DNA of 56,699 nucleotides, the filler included, from Catajapyx aquilonaris (lineage: Eukaryota): NCBI GenBank assembly GCA_000934665.2. It is 2 parts of 2 records of this genome, joined end to end, with 100 filler letters (N's around TTAATTAATTAA, not from the genome) between each part and the next. Parts side by side here need not be neighbours in the genome. Positions count along the whole stretch, not along the records: positions 1 to 28,305 come from JYFJ02004935.1; 1 more part is not named here. One strand, 5' to 3'. The notes beneath the pieces are model-generated. The model was not told the DNA's origin. It saw nothing but the letters and a program-made list of their open reading frames with translations, and made no database searches. The translations under genes were made by a program, and so were the position numbers. Positions 1 to 12,259 of the stretch are shown in pieces; within the stretch, counting starts at the first letter, position 1, and each line of letters begins with the position of its first letter.

Positions 1-95
1 CGTTTCCGGACACGGTTTCCTATGTCAAAAATGTTTGTCTTGGTCCCCTCTATTACCCCTGGAAGTTTGTAAAGTTAGGTCGTAAACACCCTGTA
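1..95. mobile_element. Right end of a Tc1/mariner-type non-autonomous element
   Basis: Ends in CACCCTG+TA, the reverse complement of the TA-CAGGGTG terminus also seen at 33739-34172. Confidence 0.4.
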
Positions 96-690
96 TACAT
101 ATGAAAGGGCAATCTTTTCTCTAATTTTAGACAAAATCACTTGTCCCACCATGGTACAAGTTTTTCCAAGCCACTGCAGAAGAAAGCATCAGGATGGCTA
201 GGAAACCAGTGATGAACAGTCTTTCACTTCCTCTATGTCACTGAAGTGCTGATGGGCCAGGTGCTTATTCTTTCATTGGTATGAAATAATTGTCTTAACC
301 ATAGTCTACCATCTCTTTGAACCCAAAAAGAAGCACTGGCTTGTCAAGACCTCAGCGACATAGAGGAAGTGAAAGAGGCTGTCTGCCACTGTCTTCCCAG
401 ACACTTCCTGGATGTTGCTGAGGTCTTGACAAGTCAGTGCTTCTTTTTTGGTCCGAAGAGATGGTAGACCATGGTTAAGACCATCATTTGGTACCAATGA
501 AAGAAGCACCTGGCTCGTCAGTACTTCAGTGACAACGAGGAAGTGAAAGAGACTGTCTGTCACTGGCTTCCCAGCCATTCTGATGCACTCTCTTCTGCAG
601 TGACATGAAAAAAATCGTGTCCCGCTGGGACAAGTGCACCAAAGTGACTGTGTCTGAAATTAGAGAAAGACTTGCCCTTTCATATGTATA
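94..690. mobile_element. Mariner-derived foldback MITE built from the transposase 3' end
   Basis: Inverted termini TATACATATGAAAGGGCAA...TTGCCCTTTCATATGTATA. 480-660 (+) reads as a degenerate mariner C-terminus (YFSDNEEVKETVCHW...KKIVSRWDKC). The same segment recurs in alternating orientation. Confidence 0.8.
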
Positions 691-739
691 TCCTCCTGAG
701 ATCTGGTGTTGACACAGCTTGAAGTCACCCTCATTTCGC

Positions 740-1020
740 GTGAGCTGACTTGATCTCCCCCACCAAGGGCGATTTGCCAAGACGGCGCTAGAGTCAAGTG
801 CCGAGATAGGTGGCGCCTTACCGAGCGGCCAACTCGGAACCATCTTGGTCGACTCTGACTGTCTGAGGTAGTATAGGAGGCCTTTACTACCCCAGACAAT
901 CGGAGTTGACCAAAATGGTTCAGAGTTGGCCGCTATAGGTAAGGTGTGCTATGTCGGCACTTGACTCTAGCGCTGTCCGTGGCAAACCCCCCTCGGTGGG
1001 GGAGATCACCTAAGCTCATG
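740..1020. mobile_element. Imperfect ~280-bp foldback (MITE-like)
   Basis: GACGGCGCTAGAGTCAAGTGCCGAGATAG (781-809) pairs with CTATGTCGGCACTTGACTCTAGCGCTGTC (949-978); pairing continues inward to a loop at ~873-883 and outward to GAGCT/AGCTC. Confidence 0.75.
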
Positions 1021-1667
1021 GAGGTAGCAATGTCCTGGTAGGTATAGGGAGTGAATGGGGGCTGTTTCGACAACATGTCGACATTCGAAAAAATAAATAA
1101 ATAAATCTCCGAATGGGATGCAACTTTTCTGTACCTGCCTGTACCTGGTACACCCACAAGGAAGTATGTTATGCACTGCAGTTCAGTTTTAAAATCTAGA
1201 ATAGCGAGATGCCATGCTAGGAAGTAAGAATAGAAGGAGCAATCCCCATGTGTGAAGTTTTGGCATTTAAAAATAATTTCATATTTATCTCTTGAGAGGA
1301 ATTGCTACCTTGAATTCCACAAATCAATGCAGAAAACATTGTTTGGAGGATAGCACTATGTGAGTGATCCATTATTTAAGTGGCATTTAACTTTTCAGCA
1401 TTCATCCATTCTGCTTTTGTGGTAGCAATTGAGTCCTAATGTCCTCATAGGAGGACATTATTATTATTTCATTATTTTGGCTAATATTTTAGAACTGTAA
1501 TTTTTTCTAATTTTTTTATTGACAATATGGAAAATGAAACAGGAACTGGCATTGTGTTACAAAAATTTTCTCAGGTCTCAGTTGGATATGTCAGGTTCAG
1601 TTTCTGTGGTCGAAGCTTCAGAATTTAAAAAATTGTCATTTGCTTTTTGATTCTCTTTCGTATTAAG

Positions 1668-1812
1668 TAACTTGGTGTGGAGAAGAAACTCAACTCACAT
1701 TAATATTAGTGGAAATGTCACAGACTGCTTTCTTAGTAGCTGGGAATCTGGATGCTGGGCTTGCAGGGTCTTCAATATTACCTATTCACATGCCATTATT
1801 CTGGATAGCAAG
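1668..1812 (+). CDS. Internal exon of an unidentified gene (xTWCGEETQLTLILVEMSQTAFLVAGNLDAGLAGSSILPIHMPLFWIA)
   Basis: Pyrimidine tract + AG at 1667, open frame, donor AG|GTAAGC; phase 2 fits the exon at 5070. Confidence 0.5.
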
Positions 1813-1938
1813 GTAAGCCACTAACCGACAATATTTTCACTATCACGAATGTGAGTTGATTTTCGTTGTTCATTTTACGCTGCTTTATTATGTGCTGATT
1901 CATATTAATGCTGCTTTTAAAATTTTCTTGGAAACTAT

Positions 1939-4656
1939 TTTTATTTATTTATTTATTTATTTATTTTACCCTGTGATGGGGCGGAGCCCATATAGGGGGG
2001 TTGGCACACCACCATCAGTTTTATTGTGGTTTTTCTTCAAACTCCAGTGCAGGGAATCAAGGGCATTGGGTGAGGATAGGCATTTGTTGGGGATGGAACA
2101 TGGGTGCAAGTGCAATGTCTGAAAAGGGGTCATGTGCTGTTCCCCCGGAGGTTAGGTGGTCAGACACCTCCAAGGCGCAGGTAAGAGACCCTCCTGACGC
2201 AGGTGAAAGGGAACTCCCACACAGAAATCGTAGTATCGTTATATATATATATATAATACTCTAGAAGCGAAGCGCAGCGGAGAGAGGCACATAAATAGGG
2301 CGGCCATGACAGTAAGGTCATCCGCCATGGCTGCTGCCCTGCCTGTGCTATGGATTCGCGCCTTACCGCCAGCTATTTGTGGCTGTGGTCGGGTATCACA
2401 ACACCGGTGTTCATCGGTGCTACATTGTATTGTAGCGCACAGGTGCCACACTGGATTCCGCCGACTTATGGTGCAGTCGTGCGCTGTCTTTGAGTGCAGT
2501 AACCCGCGACACTCCGGAAAACAAGCAGCTGGGCATTTCCTTTCACATGTTTGTGAGCATATGTTTGTGTTTTCTAATTGTTTATTACACCGGTTTACAC
2601 TTGGATTGTCAGCAGTGTATGCAGGCACTTTATTAATTAATTAATTAATTAATTAATGAGGTACTAGACAAACTAGAGCGTTCTAGTTTGTATAGTGTAG
2701 GCCTACCTCATTAATTGGTTCTGATGATTCATTGTTATCACTGTTAAAGTCAAGTAACGCAATGCTGTACAACTGCACCAACAGGACTATATATTAGACC
2801 GAGACTAATATAGTCCTGTTGGCTGCACTGCCTTGAAGCGTCAGTTGCTATACTGAAAAGGGCAAACCATGTTGTTTGATGATTGATGTACAGTATTCCT
2901 GCATGTACTCCTGAATATTGTTAGTCATTAACTCATTATAATGCTGCCAATGGCAGTTGAATAAAATTATAATAAAAGTATGTGAGTGGTTGTTGTGGCC
3001 TTCAGTTCCAGAACTTCCGCATTACGCCAGGGATTGGTTCCAGCAACACAGCCACGTAAAGTGAATTGAAATTAGACAAAATATTATTATAAAGCTAGTA
3101 ACTGAGAATGGTATTTTACCTCCATACCATACCATACAATTTACCATATTATATGCTTTATTTATCACACGTACACTTGTGCAAATGTAAAAACGAAGAA
3201 GCATAAAATGACTAGTACCTGTACATATGAGGCAACTTTACATATGGTGTAAGGGTATTCTAAAATCTAAAATAATGTACTTGCAGATTTAATCTGTAGT
3301 ATTATTTCCTTCGCAGCCGGTCTTTATTTGCTGTGGCTACATGTCACTGTGACTTTTGATTTTTGCAATAATGTCTTTTAATTTCACATCATTGCTTACT
3401 CTGACTGTCAATGAAGATGCATCTTTGGGAATACATAATATTGTTTATGTTCATTTAGTATTGTTACATTATTTTCTCATTTGTAAGAATTTTATCACAG
3501 TAGCAGATACTGCACTAGGATAAAGTAGATAAACCATAAATCCTGACACCTATGGGGTATGGTTCAAGTCCATTTCCTGTATATTTTTAAATTCTGTAAA
3601 ATTGGTGTCCATGGTTTGTGTAACATCTGTTATGTACCCTCTGTTGCCACCACCTGTGTAGTTTTCCATTCTTATCATAAGTAGGTAGCATGGGACAGCA
3701 GTGAAGTTTCGGGGGTAACAATAAATATTGCAGTAGCCCTCGCAGTAGCCATTCTGGAATCACTCTTGTGAACATCAGGTAACCTCTACTGATATTACCA
3801 CCTGCCAGTAACAGGAATTAATTTTTTAACACTTACATTCATTCTTAAAGGTCCTTTAATCTGCATAAGTGTGATTTATTAGCTCTGCTTTCAGCTATTT
3901 TGCTTCAATTTAAAGTTTAAACCTTATACACATCCACAATAACATGCAATAATAATTATTGTATAATATTGTGACTGACATGTTACTAAATAAAATTACT
4001 ATCCTTCCGTAGACGTTGACATCTGCAAGTAGCCTACTGTACATTTAAAATGACCCATAATTATTTTGGGACTGGTCACAAAAAAAGCTTAATTTTCAAG
4101 CCCTTCTTGAGGTAGCGCTAGACGAAGGACAAAAGCACGGCTCTTTAAATCGTAATCAATTGACATTTGATTTTGCAAAATTTTATCAAGTTTAAACAAA
4201 AAATCTTGTGCCACAAGAATCTATTTCCGCTTATTTTTGTTTCTTCTGAAAATCGAGAGTTACAAGCAAACCCAAGCAAACCCATATTTGACAACCCAAC
4301 CCAACCAATACAGAACTGATGTAAGCGAGGAAATGGCCGATCGATAGACATGAATATGCATCAATATTTGACACATTCAGATTTGGACATTTTAAAGTCT
4401 CTTGGGAAGCTACTGTCTCAAAAGGGAAGGTAAAACCAGGTAAAACTCCATATGATATACAGGGAGTAGCGGGCTAGTTGACCTGACTGTCATGGCGGAC
4501 CTGCGCACGCACCCAGGACGGCCCGATTCCATCGATGTGTCGTCTCTAGAGATACTTCGTATCTCTATCTCTGTGGAACTCCCAGGCAGGGATCGAACCT
4601 GGGACCTTTCACTCAGCAAGCCGAGGCGTTACCATCTCGGCCACGGCACCTCCCCC
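1939..4656 (-). mobile_element. tRNA-derived SINE (~350 bp) interrupted by a DNA transposon: body/tail 1939-2219, head 4576-4656
   Basis: Head has A box TGGCCGAGATGG and B box GGTTCGATCC; (TAAA)n tail; 13-bp TSD TCTTGGAAACTAT at 1926-1938 and 4657-4669; an uninterrupted homologous copy lies at 8301-8533. Confidence 0.9.
2220..4575 (+). mobile_element. Degenerate THAP-domain (P-element/THAP9-like) DNA transposon
   Basis: CACAGA...TCTGTG termini; direct repeat GAACTCCCA at 2211-2219 and 4576-4584; inverted subterminal motif GCCATGACAGT(A/C)AGGTCA at both ends; THAP start MVQSCAVFECSN...(frameshift)LGISFH at 2468-2547. Confidence 0.75.
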
Positions 4657-5069
4657 TCTTGGAAACTATCTTAAAATAAAAAAGTGTGAAAAATTGGAGT
4701 ATCACAAAACAATATAAACAGACTCATCTCTGTAACACACTACAGTAGATCCATATAGTGCATTGTACTGTACTGTACATGCTGTACTCTACTGCATGTA
4801 TTTATAACAATCAAAATTTGAACGTCTTTGAGGATTCCCACCTCCCTCTCCCTCAGTCCATCCCAGCTTCTCTTTATGATTGCAACACAACTTGCATTAT
4901 CCTTTCTGTCGCACCCAGCCAGTCCAGTCCCCCTAGTTGGATCATTGATAGTTTACTGTTGTTAAAGTTCTGTGCTTGAGTGAATTTCAATGTGTTACAA
5001 GGTGTTATTTCAGTGTTACAGTTACATTAAATGCACAAAATACTCAGCATTTAAAACAACTCTTTGTAG

Positions 5070-5200
5070 AAAATGTTTGGAAATTTTGGAACTTCTCATT
5101 GACTTCCATTATCATTTTGTCTCATTTTACACCAATTCTCTTTATGCTGCTATGTCACTGGAACCAATTACCAGTTTAAAGTGGCTGCTTCCTGTACCTG
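5070..5200 (+). CDS. Internal exon of the same unidentified gene (KCLEILELLIDFHYHFVSFYTNSLYAAMSLEPITSLKWLLPVP)
   Basis: CTCTTTGTAG acceptor, open frame, G|GTGAAA donor (phase 1), 78-nt intron to the next exon. Confidence 0.55.
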
Positions 5201-5278
5201 GTGAAATATTCATTTTTTTGGCAATATTCAATTAATTTTTTGTTATTTCTGCGTCTCTTTCATGACACCTAAAACCAG

Positions 5279-5583
5279 GGGATCCAGACGATTGTCCTTA
5301 CGATGTGGATTGGATTCGGGGAGACCTGGAGTCCATATTTAAGAGAACAGCCCAGAACTTAAAGACAGAATCCTTAACGAATGACGATAAAGCTGCAATT
5401 TTGAAAGGTGCTATGCAGGAAGTACTAGTCATGCTTGACGAGAAGAAGGAAATACTCAACATCAGAGCTTCTGAAAGGAAGAAGAGGTCACAAAAAGATT
5501 CAGAAGGTAAAAGTAACGTTTCAAAGCAAAGGGATTCCAACAGGGCTGCTGCGCAAGAAAGTGCGTCTGCAGATTTAAATTAA
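5279..5583 (+). CDS. Terminal exon of the unidentified gene (DPDDCPYDVDWIRGDL...charged helical tail)
   Basis: CCAG acceptor (phase 1), ~100-codon open frame ending in TAA, protein-like composition, AATAAA at 5893-5898. Confidence 0.65.
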
Positions 5584-6017
5584 TTGGATAAATATTCACT
5601 TGAAAATTGAATGAAAACAATGTTGGTCTAATTTTTCTTTGGATTTTCCAGAGTCTCAGTTCAAGTAGAGTGACAAGTGACATGTCGAAAGGTACCCCCA
5701 ATATGGATCAGCTGTGGGCATTGAACAAATAATGTTTGATAATTAAATCAGTTTGAAAGAAAGTTCAGCTCTTGATTCCAATTACCTTATACCCGCAGTA
5801 ACATTTACTCATATCTGTAAATAGGGAAATTGATTATTGGCTTTTGTATATGTAAAGGCATATGCAGCTATGTTAAACTTGAACAAACTGGCAATAAACA
5901 GACGTAATTTAACCCTGGAATCGAGATGTCCCTGAAAGTGATGCTAACTGTGACGTGGGGTATTTTAGGACTCCATGCCATAATTTAATTTTTATTAATT
6001 TTTATATAATACTTTTG

Positions 6018-6282
6018 GGAGGCGGAGTGGTGCTGCGGTAATGTATGCGCCCACAGATGTTAAGGTCCCGGGTTTGATCCCAACCCGGGGACACCCCCTT
6101 CATCTCGTGTAGAGTTCATGAGTCGTCTCTGACTTCGTCTCAGGTGGAATTTCCTTAGACTAATCCACCCGGAGGAGCTCACAAAACGACCACATTTCAG
6201 ACAAGACACTGCACTTACACATCCCCTCCTGTCATCCTGCCCGTGTAGCCCAGGCAACGAAGGGAAAATAGAAAAAATAAAT
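6018..6282 (+). mobile_element. tRNA-derived SINE, second family
   Basis: tRNA-like head with A-box-like TGGTGCTGCGGTAA and B-box-like GGTTTGATCCC, unique body, A-rich tail. Confidence 0.65.
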
Positions 6283-7210
6283 GGTGTAGTTTTGAAATTT
6301 GGCACAATTGTGGGGGGGAGTGTCCTAAACGACATACTAAAAGTCCCCGCGGGTGGGGTGTCCGCGGGGGGTAGGGGGGGGGCGTTTAAAGGTTGTTCTT
6401 TTAGGTTTTTCTTGAATATCTCAAAACGTAAGGGTTCTAGCAAGAAACACCATATGTACAAAATTAAACTACATTTAATGTCCTACAAAACCGCCCTCTA
6501 CATGTCTTCTGTAGGATCAATAGTTTGGAAGATAGAGGGGGATGAAAAAGTGCATATTTCGAAAAAGTGGTTGAAAATATTAGTTTTACTTTTTAAAAAG
6601 GAAGTTTTTATTACAATTGTGGCTATTAACTAGAATATTATACCCATAACACATTATACCTACATAAAAGTTTACTCACTTGATCATAATGAAAGCTCAT
6701 CAGCTTCTTCCACGACTTGATCAAGGTCGAACTCCTCCTCTTCTAGAGGTGGACCATTAGTGCAGGTACCACGGCAGGTGCCACAAACAGATGAGCATTG
6801 AATGCCAGCTTTCCGGCACCCACATCTTCCGCCACACCCAGTTGTACAGCCACACAATATGGAGTTAAGGATTGTGTCAGGAGCTACCGGGTCCTTTGTT
6901 GTCAATGGGAATAAGGATCCATCCTCTCCTCGGGCCCACCCCACTGGTCAGGAGGTAAGTGGTTATCAAGCCACTGCTGTACCTGTAAGTAACTCTAAAC
7001 GAGTGTTGCTCCGCGGTGCCTTTGGTTGGAGGAAGTGAGGAGAGATCAGATTTGGTCTTGGTTGATGATATCAGAAATACTGCATATCGATGGTTATTCA
7101 AGGAATGAACATTAGCAGGGGCGTTGCATAGCGAGGAACATCTTCTCTACCGCTTGTGAGACAGCATCTGGTGTCGATGAGGAGTCATAAAACATGTCAG
7201 CAATGTCTCT
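6283..7210 (-). mobile_element. Academ-like transposon 3' part (LPPT motif, Cys8 zinc finger, presumed terminal region), inverted
   Basis: 6684-6944 encodes GWARGEDG...APDTILNSILCGCTTGCGGRCGCRKAGIQCSSVCGTCRGTCTN, matching the Cys8 finger that follows the XPG domain in Academ transposases; frameshifted. Confidence 0.7.
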
Positions 7211-7212
7211 TA

Positions 7213-8302
7213 TCCCCATTCCCATTCCCATTCCCATTGTCCCTCTTCAATGAGGGTGGAATGCGGAAGTCAACGAGAAGTCATCACTCTATGATGCATT
7301 TCCTGCAGAGAGTAGTATAAGTATGGACCTGAAAACGATTATCAACGTTGTAGATGGTGGCTTCCTCCTTCACCGTGTGAAATGGAATGTTGGCTGCAAG
7401 TTTTCTTCTATTTGTGATCAGTATGTAGCTTATCTGCGTAAACATTATGGTGAAAACTGCACAGTGGTTTTTGACGGTTACGGTGATGTCAACAGTACAA
7501 AGCTAGCAGAACAGAGGCGAAGAGTCACCACGAAAACATCAGTTGATATTAATTTTGATGAGGACATGCATGTCACTGTTCAACAGGCACATTTTCTTGC
7601 GAATGGAAACAATAAGACCAGGCTTATTCAATAAATTACTAACACAGAAAATGGCCGCTAAAGGAGTTGAAACGAGAGTCGCTACAGGGGATGCTGATAC
7701 TACTATTGTGAGATGTGGGTTAGAGAAAGCAGCTTCTCATCCCACTGTTGCTATAATAGGGGAAGACGTAGCTACTTGTTGTTTTGACACCACCAGCAGA
7801 AAGTAACATTTATTTCATGAAGCCTATAGCAGGGGAAAAGTAGAAGCGAAATTATTTTCGACGAGAAAACTGCAGCAAGAACTTCCTTTTGCCAAAACCA
7901 TCCTTCTTCTCCGTGCCTTTAGTGGATGAAACACAACCTCATGTACGAGTATTTATAAAAGAAGCAAAGCAACAATGGTGACCTTGTTCAAAAAACAATT
8001 AGGCCAGATGAGAGACATTGCTGACATGTTTTATGACTCCTCATCGACACCAGATGCTGTCTCACAAGCGGTAGAGAAGATGTTCCTCGCTATGCAACGC
8101 CCATGCTAATGTTCATTCCTTGAATAACCATCGATATGCAGTATTTCTGAAATCATCAACCAAGGCCAAATCTGATCTCTCCTCACTTCCTCCAACCAAA
8201 GGCACCGCAGAGCAACACTCGTTTAGAGTTACTTACAGGTACAGCAGTGGCTTGATAACCACTTACCTCCTGACCAGTGGGGTGGGCCCGAGGAGAGGAT
8301 GG
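7213..8302 (+). mobile_element. Academ-like transposase remnant, XPG/PIN-like nuclease domain (pseudogenised)
   Basis: Motifs SLFNEGGMRK, VVDGGFLLHRVKW, CTVVFDGY, ATGDADTTIV, IIGED, LPPT..AEQHSFR spread over several frames. Confidence 0.75.
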
Positions 8303-8533
8303 CTTGCTGATCGAAAGGTCCCAGGTTCGATCCCCGCCTGGGAGTTCCCTTTCGCCTACGTCAGGAGGGTCTCTGACCCGCGCCTTGGAGGTGTCTGGCA
8401 ACCTAACCTCCTGGGGGACTGCACATGGCCCAGTTTGAGACATTGGACTTGCACCCGTGTCCCCTCCCCAAAAAATCACAATTCCCTTCCTTATTTCCCT
8501 TTCTCCCCTGCACGGTGTTGGAAGAAAAAAAAA
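8301..8533 (+). mobile_element. 5'-truncated copy of the SINE family at 1939-4656
   Basis: GGCTTGCTGA..AAAGGTCCCAGGTTCGATCCC..GGGAGTTCCC followed by the same body; ends in an A-run. Confidence 0.85.
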
Positions 8534-8713
8534 TCAGAAAATTGAGATTTAAAAATGGTAGTATTCCACCCCCCTAAAGGAGCGATGATTCTCCCAATGG
8601 GGCCAGTAAAATAAAATGACATAAAAATTTTATTTTTAATTTTAATGCATTTTAATTCATTTGGGGTCCTGAAAGACCCCATGCCACGGTTGCAGGGAAG
8701 TTTGGATATCGAC

Positions 8714-9139
8714 TGTCAGGTCCAGCAACTGCGGTACCATACCCTGGCTAGCTCATGGGTCTTTAACGACCCTTTACGTGTTTGGCCCTGAAAGGGGCCG
8801 TTGGTAATGTTGGTCCTGAAAAGGACCGGTTGTCTGATGTGCTGCGGAGCTCGGCGGTCTGATGTTCCTCGATGAAGGCTGCAGATAAAGTGAGTTGTCC
8901 GCGCCTTGGGTGCCGCTTTTATGGGCAAGGCGCGGACCTTGTGGAGGTCAAGCCAGAATTCTGGCCTTGAAGGCTTTTGGCGGGAAATGAGCAGGGGAAA
9001 GGAATGGTTAGGAGGCCGATGAGAGTCAGGGGAAGTTTGTCGGTTATATGAAGCCGGCAGGGCAGGGCTTGCCTGCCGGCTCACCATAGGTCCAAATACT
9101 AGGTTCAGTAAAATAATTATACTCGGACTGGTGATAACA
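8714..9139 (+). mobile_element. Possible solo LTR
   Basis: TGT...ACA ends, near-matching 4-bp flanks CGAC/CGTC, GC-richer than the flanks, TATA-like site at ~9045 and AGTAAA near the 3' end. Confidence 0.3.
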
Positions 9140-10680
9140 CGTCTATTGCTCTGAGGCTACAGCCAAGCAGAGGAGGAGCTCAGCAGCCATGCTCCTTATA
9201 CTACAGTATTTCGGCCACCAGATGGCGCACAATGGCAGTGACACTTTGAGACAATTTCCAAAAGAGGAGAAATGCCGTTCTGACACGATGAATAAAATAA
9301 CATGGGACTGCTCGCCAGGCAGTGTACTGCAAACAAGTTTTGTACATATCCATGTAATAAATTGTATGACTATAGGAATAACATCTGGTTCTCCAGGACT
9401 CGGAACCTAACCTGGTGCATCACATATCCCACAGGTCACTTGATTCTTCTGCAGAATTTGGTCAGCAGGATTGGGGAGTAAGTAATAGGCTACTATAAAT
9501 AATGGGTACATAACATAATTATGCTCTGCAGCATGGGTGGTTCACTATGCAGATCAAGATGAGTATGCATTGACGGATTAAGCGAAAAGAAAGGACCTGG
9601 CAAACCCAATGAAAGGTTTTGCATTCAGAATGAAGCTATGACTTCCTCGAGCATTTAAAATATTTTACGATTTACACTTCTCTCCTGGGAGGGCAGCAAT
9701 GATAACTGCTATGGTTACTACGGTCACATTTCTTATTAATGTTATTATGAAAAAATCATTCTAATGGCATGGCTATTTCTTTCATGATACAAAAGTGAGT
9801 GATGCCATATAGTGTGGGCCAAAGGTCTCATCTTCAACTCCCAAGCCTTGCATGTACAGTGCTGGAAATTAATGGATATCCACAGTGTCTTTCCTTCATC
9901 TGGCACCACATGGCGCCAGTTCAAATGGGCAAAAGAACTGATAAGACCACTGTTAAGACAGAGCTGCTGCTGGATGAGTGAAAATCATTCCGGTCATATT
10001 TGAATGAGTGACACGGATGTTGGGTCTGCCGTTTATTAATACAGGAAGTACCCGTTTTACGACGTTAATTGATTCCAGCAAGAACATAGCGGCGTAAAGT
10101 GAAAAGGCGTAAAATGAGACAAAGTAATCATGTAAGTAAATGAGATAGGTTACAAGATTTCCAAAATTTTCTCATACTGTATAGCCTACTAATATTGCTG
10201 TCTTTAATGCCCAATATTTGAAACCTTTATTACACACATTTTATGGGAGGTTCCAGGTTGAGGGTCATCCGGTTCTGAGGGCTCGTTTTCTCCTACAGCA
10301 AGATCTGCATTGCACCTAGGGTATTTAACAAAGGTTAGAGTATTGGGGGGGGGGGGGNGGGGGGAGTGCCGAGACCAATAATACGATATCGCCAATCTTG
10401 CATATAACTACCATTATTTGATTCCGTGACTTCAGGGCGCCATGTATCAATTGCACCATTCCGCTTGATGTAAAGTTATCAAACGTAGCCTACTTACAGC
10501 ACTAAATCAACCCAGTCCTGTTACATGGGTGGTGCGCCAAACCCTCCCAGACTGCTCCCAGATTAATGTCTCAAAACTGCAGGTCTCACTATACTATTGT
10601 ACAATAGGCGCCCAGGTAACTAAAGTAACTTTCCGCATGAGGGAAATACTCGTAATCAGAGAGTGGTCTTAATAATATGA

Positions 10681-11870
10681 TTAAGATTCATTAGGGCTAG
10701 TTTTCGCAACCAGACGGTACCGAAAACGTGAGTAGATAATTATACTGTCTCCACACAACCACAACTGATGCAACCATTCATACAGCAACTTCATGCAGTC
10801 GGTGTTGGTGTCCAAGTACCATTTCAGGAAACAGCCATCATTATCCCCACCCAATTCAGGCGGCCCAATTGTGTAAAGCAATCCGGTGCAAATCCGTGCT
10901 ATGAGCATCGTACATTTGGGCAACAGTATATTGCCTATCGGTGCAGCATAAGTACGCTGAACGGAACTGGGATCCGTGTCCAGTGTGCCGAAAGCAATCC
11001 CCAAAAGAAAGCGCAGATTAATGCGCTCTAAAACGATAAAAACCGATTATCTGGTTGGGGCATGAGCAACCTTCTCCCCGCTACTCCTCCCTTTCTCCGT
11101 TTTAATCATGGGACGTATTCACACTGGAAAAGTTTTAGTTGCAGTGACTAATATAATAAATTTATTATACAGTATTGTGTTTGAATTTTTTCATTTTCTG
11201 CATCTAAATACTAGTTACAACTATAGTGTATCACGTTGCAGTGACTAACCATATTTAGTTGGAGGGTCAAGGACGAGCATTGTGGGTCAATAAGGAATAG
11301 GCTACATGCCCTACGTCAGACAATAAGAGATGAGGTGCTAGACGGCACAACTGGAAACCAACAATCCAATTACCTATGTGTCCAGACCTTAGAGTCACCC
11401 TGTACTGTACAACACCACTATTTCTATTTGAACATACTCTGTATACTGTATAATTATTGTATACGATAATATGATTTTGTAGTAACTTACACCAAAAAAT
11501 CCATCCTAATTAGAACGGATCCTTTCCCACTGGAAAAGTGCAGTTGCATCTTAGCAGAAAGCGGGAAAATTGCCTATCTTTTTGCCTAACATGATGAAAC
11601 CCTATGCAGTCCCATCATCGTAGGGAAGAGATTATTAACTTCGGTTACTCTAGCGACCAAGCGACAAGTTAATGTGGTCCTAAACTGACGCTTCTAATGG
11701 GTTGCTGGAAACTCGTTACACTAGTTGCTGGATTAAACTAACCATAACAGGGACCTTGGTATATACGAGTCTCTATAGAGCACCTTTACTGTTGTTGCTG
11801 TTGTCAATGCAGCAGGTTTCATGGTCAACTTCCGGAAATATACCGGAGGTATATTTTTAAAACAGTCACA
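10681..11870 (-). CDS. Putative 4-exon coding unit of unknown function (exons 11870-11743, 11529-11491, 11399-11374, 11027-10681; ~179 aa); separate gene or C-terminal extension of the M16 gene
   Basis: GT-AG sites with compatible phases (0-2, 2-2, 2-1, 1-stop) give a stop-free product CDCFKNIPPVYFRK...ERINLRFLLGIAFG...KLLYEWLHQL...; no family recognised. Confidence 0.4.
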
Positions 11871-12259
11871 CTGATTTTAAACTGTTTTTATTGCCGAAAG
11901 GGCCGACCATGCATAAACTCCACTTCTTCTCACAGCCGTGATACTAAACTCCTGTTGCTCCATTGTCCTACTCCGGTTGTTCCATCGGCCTACCACTGTC
12001 TTCCATCGGCCCACTCCATGTACTCCTACCATTCATACCTGTCGATGCTATACTTAGCATCCCGATCGTACTTCTGAATGTCTGAAATCAAAAGAAGCTA
12101 AAATATTAATTGAGCCTCATAATTTTGAATTCTAGAGGATAGTCTGCAGACTTGCATGTGTATGTAAGAAGTAAATGCATGTACCGTATGATAAGCCTAT
12201 TTCAAATGTAGTGATATACACTCTAACCATAATGTTTTATGATTAAAAACACATGCGTA

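Noticed and set aside
4576..4656. tRNA-like sequences here and at ~6018-6095 and ~34390-34453
   Set aside because: Degenerate stems joined to SINE bodies and tails (two with TSDs); not functional tRNA genes
9799..9981. LEINGYP motif reminiscent of Penelope-like elements
   Set aside because: Single short motif with no supporting RT or GIY-YIG sequence
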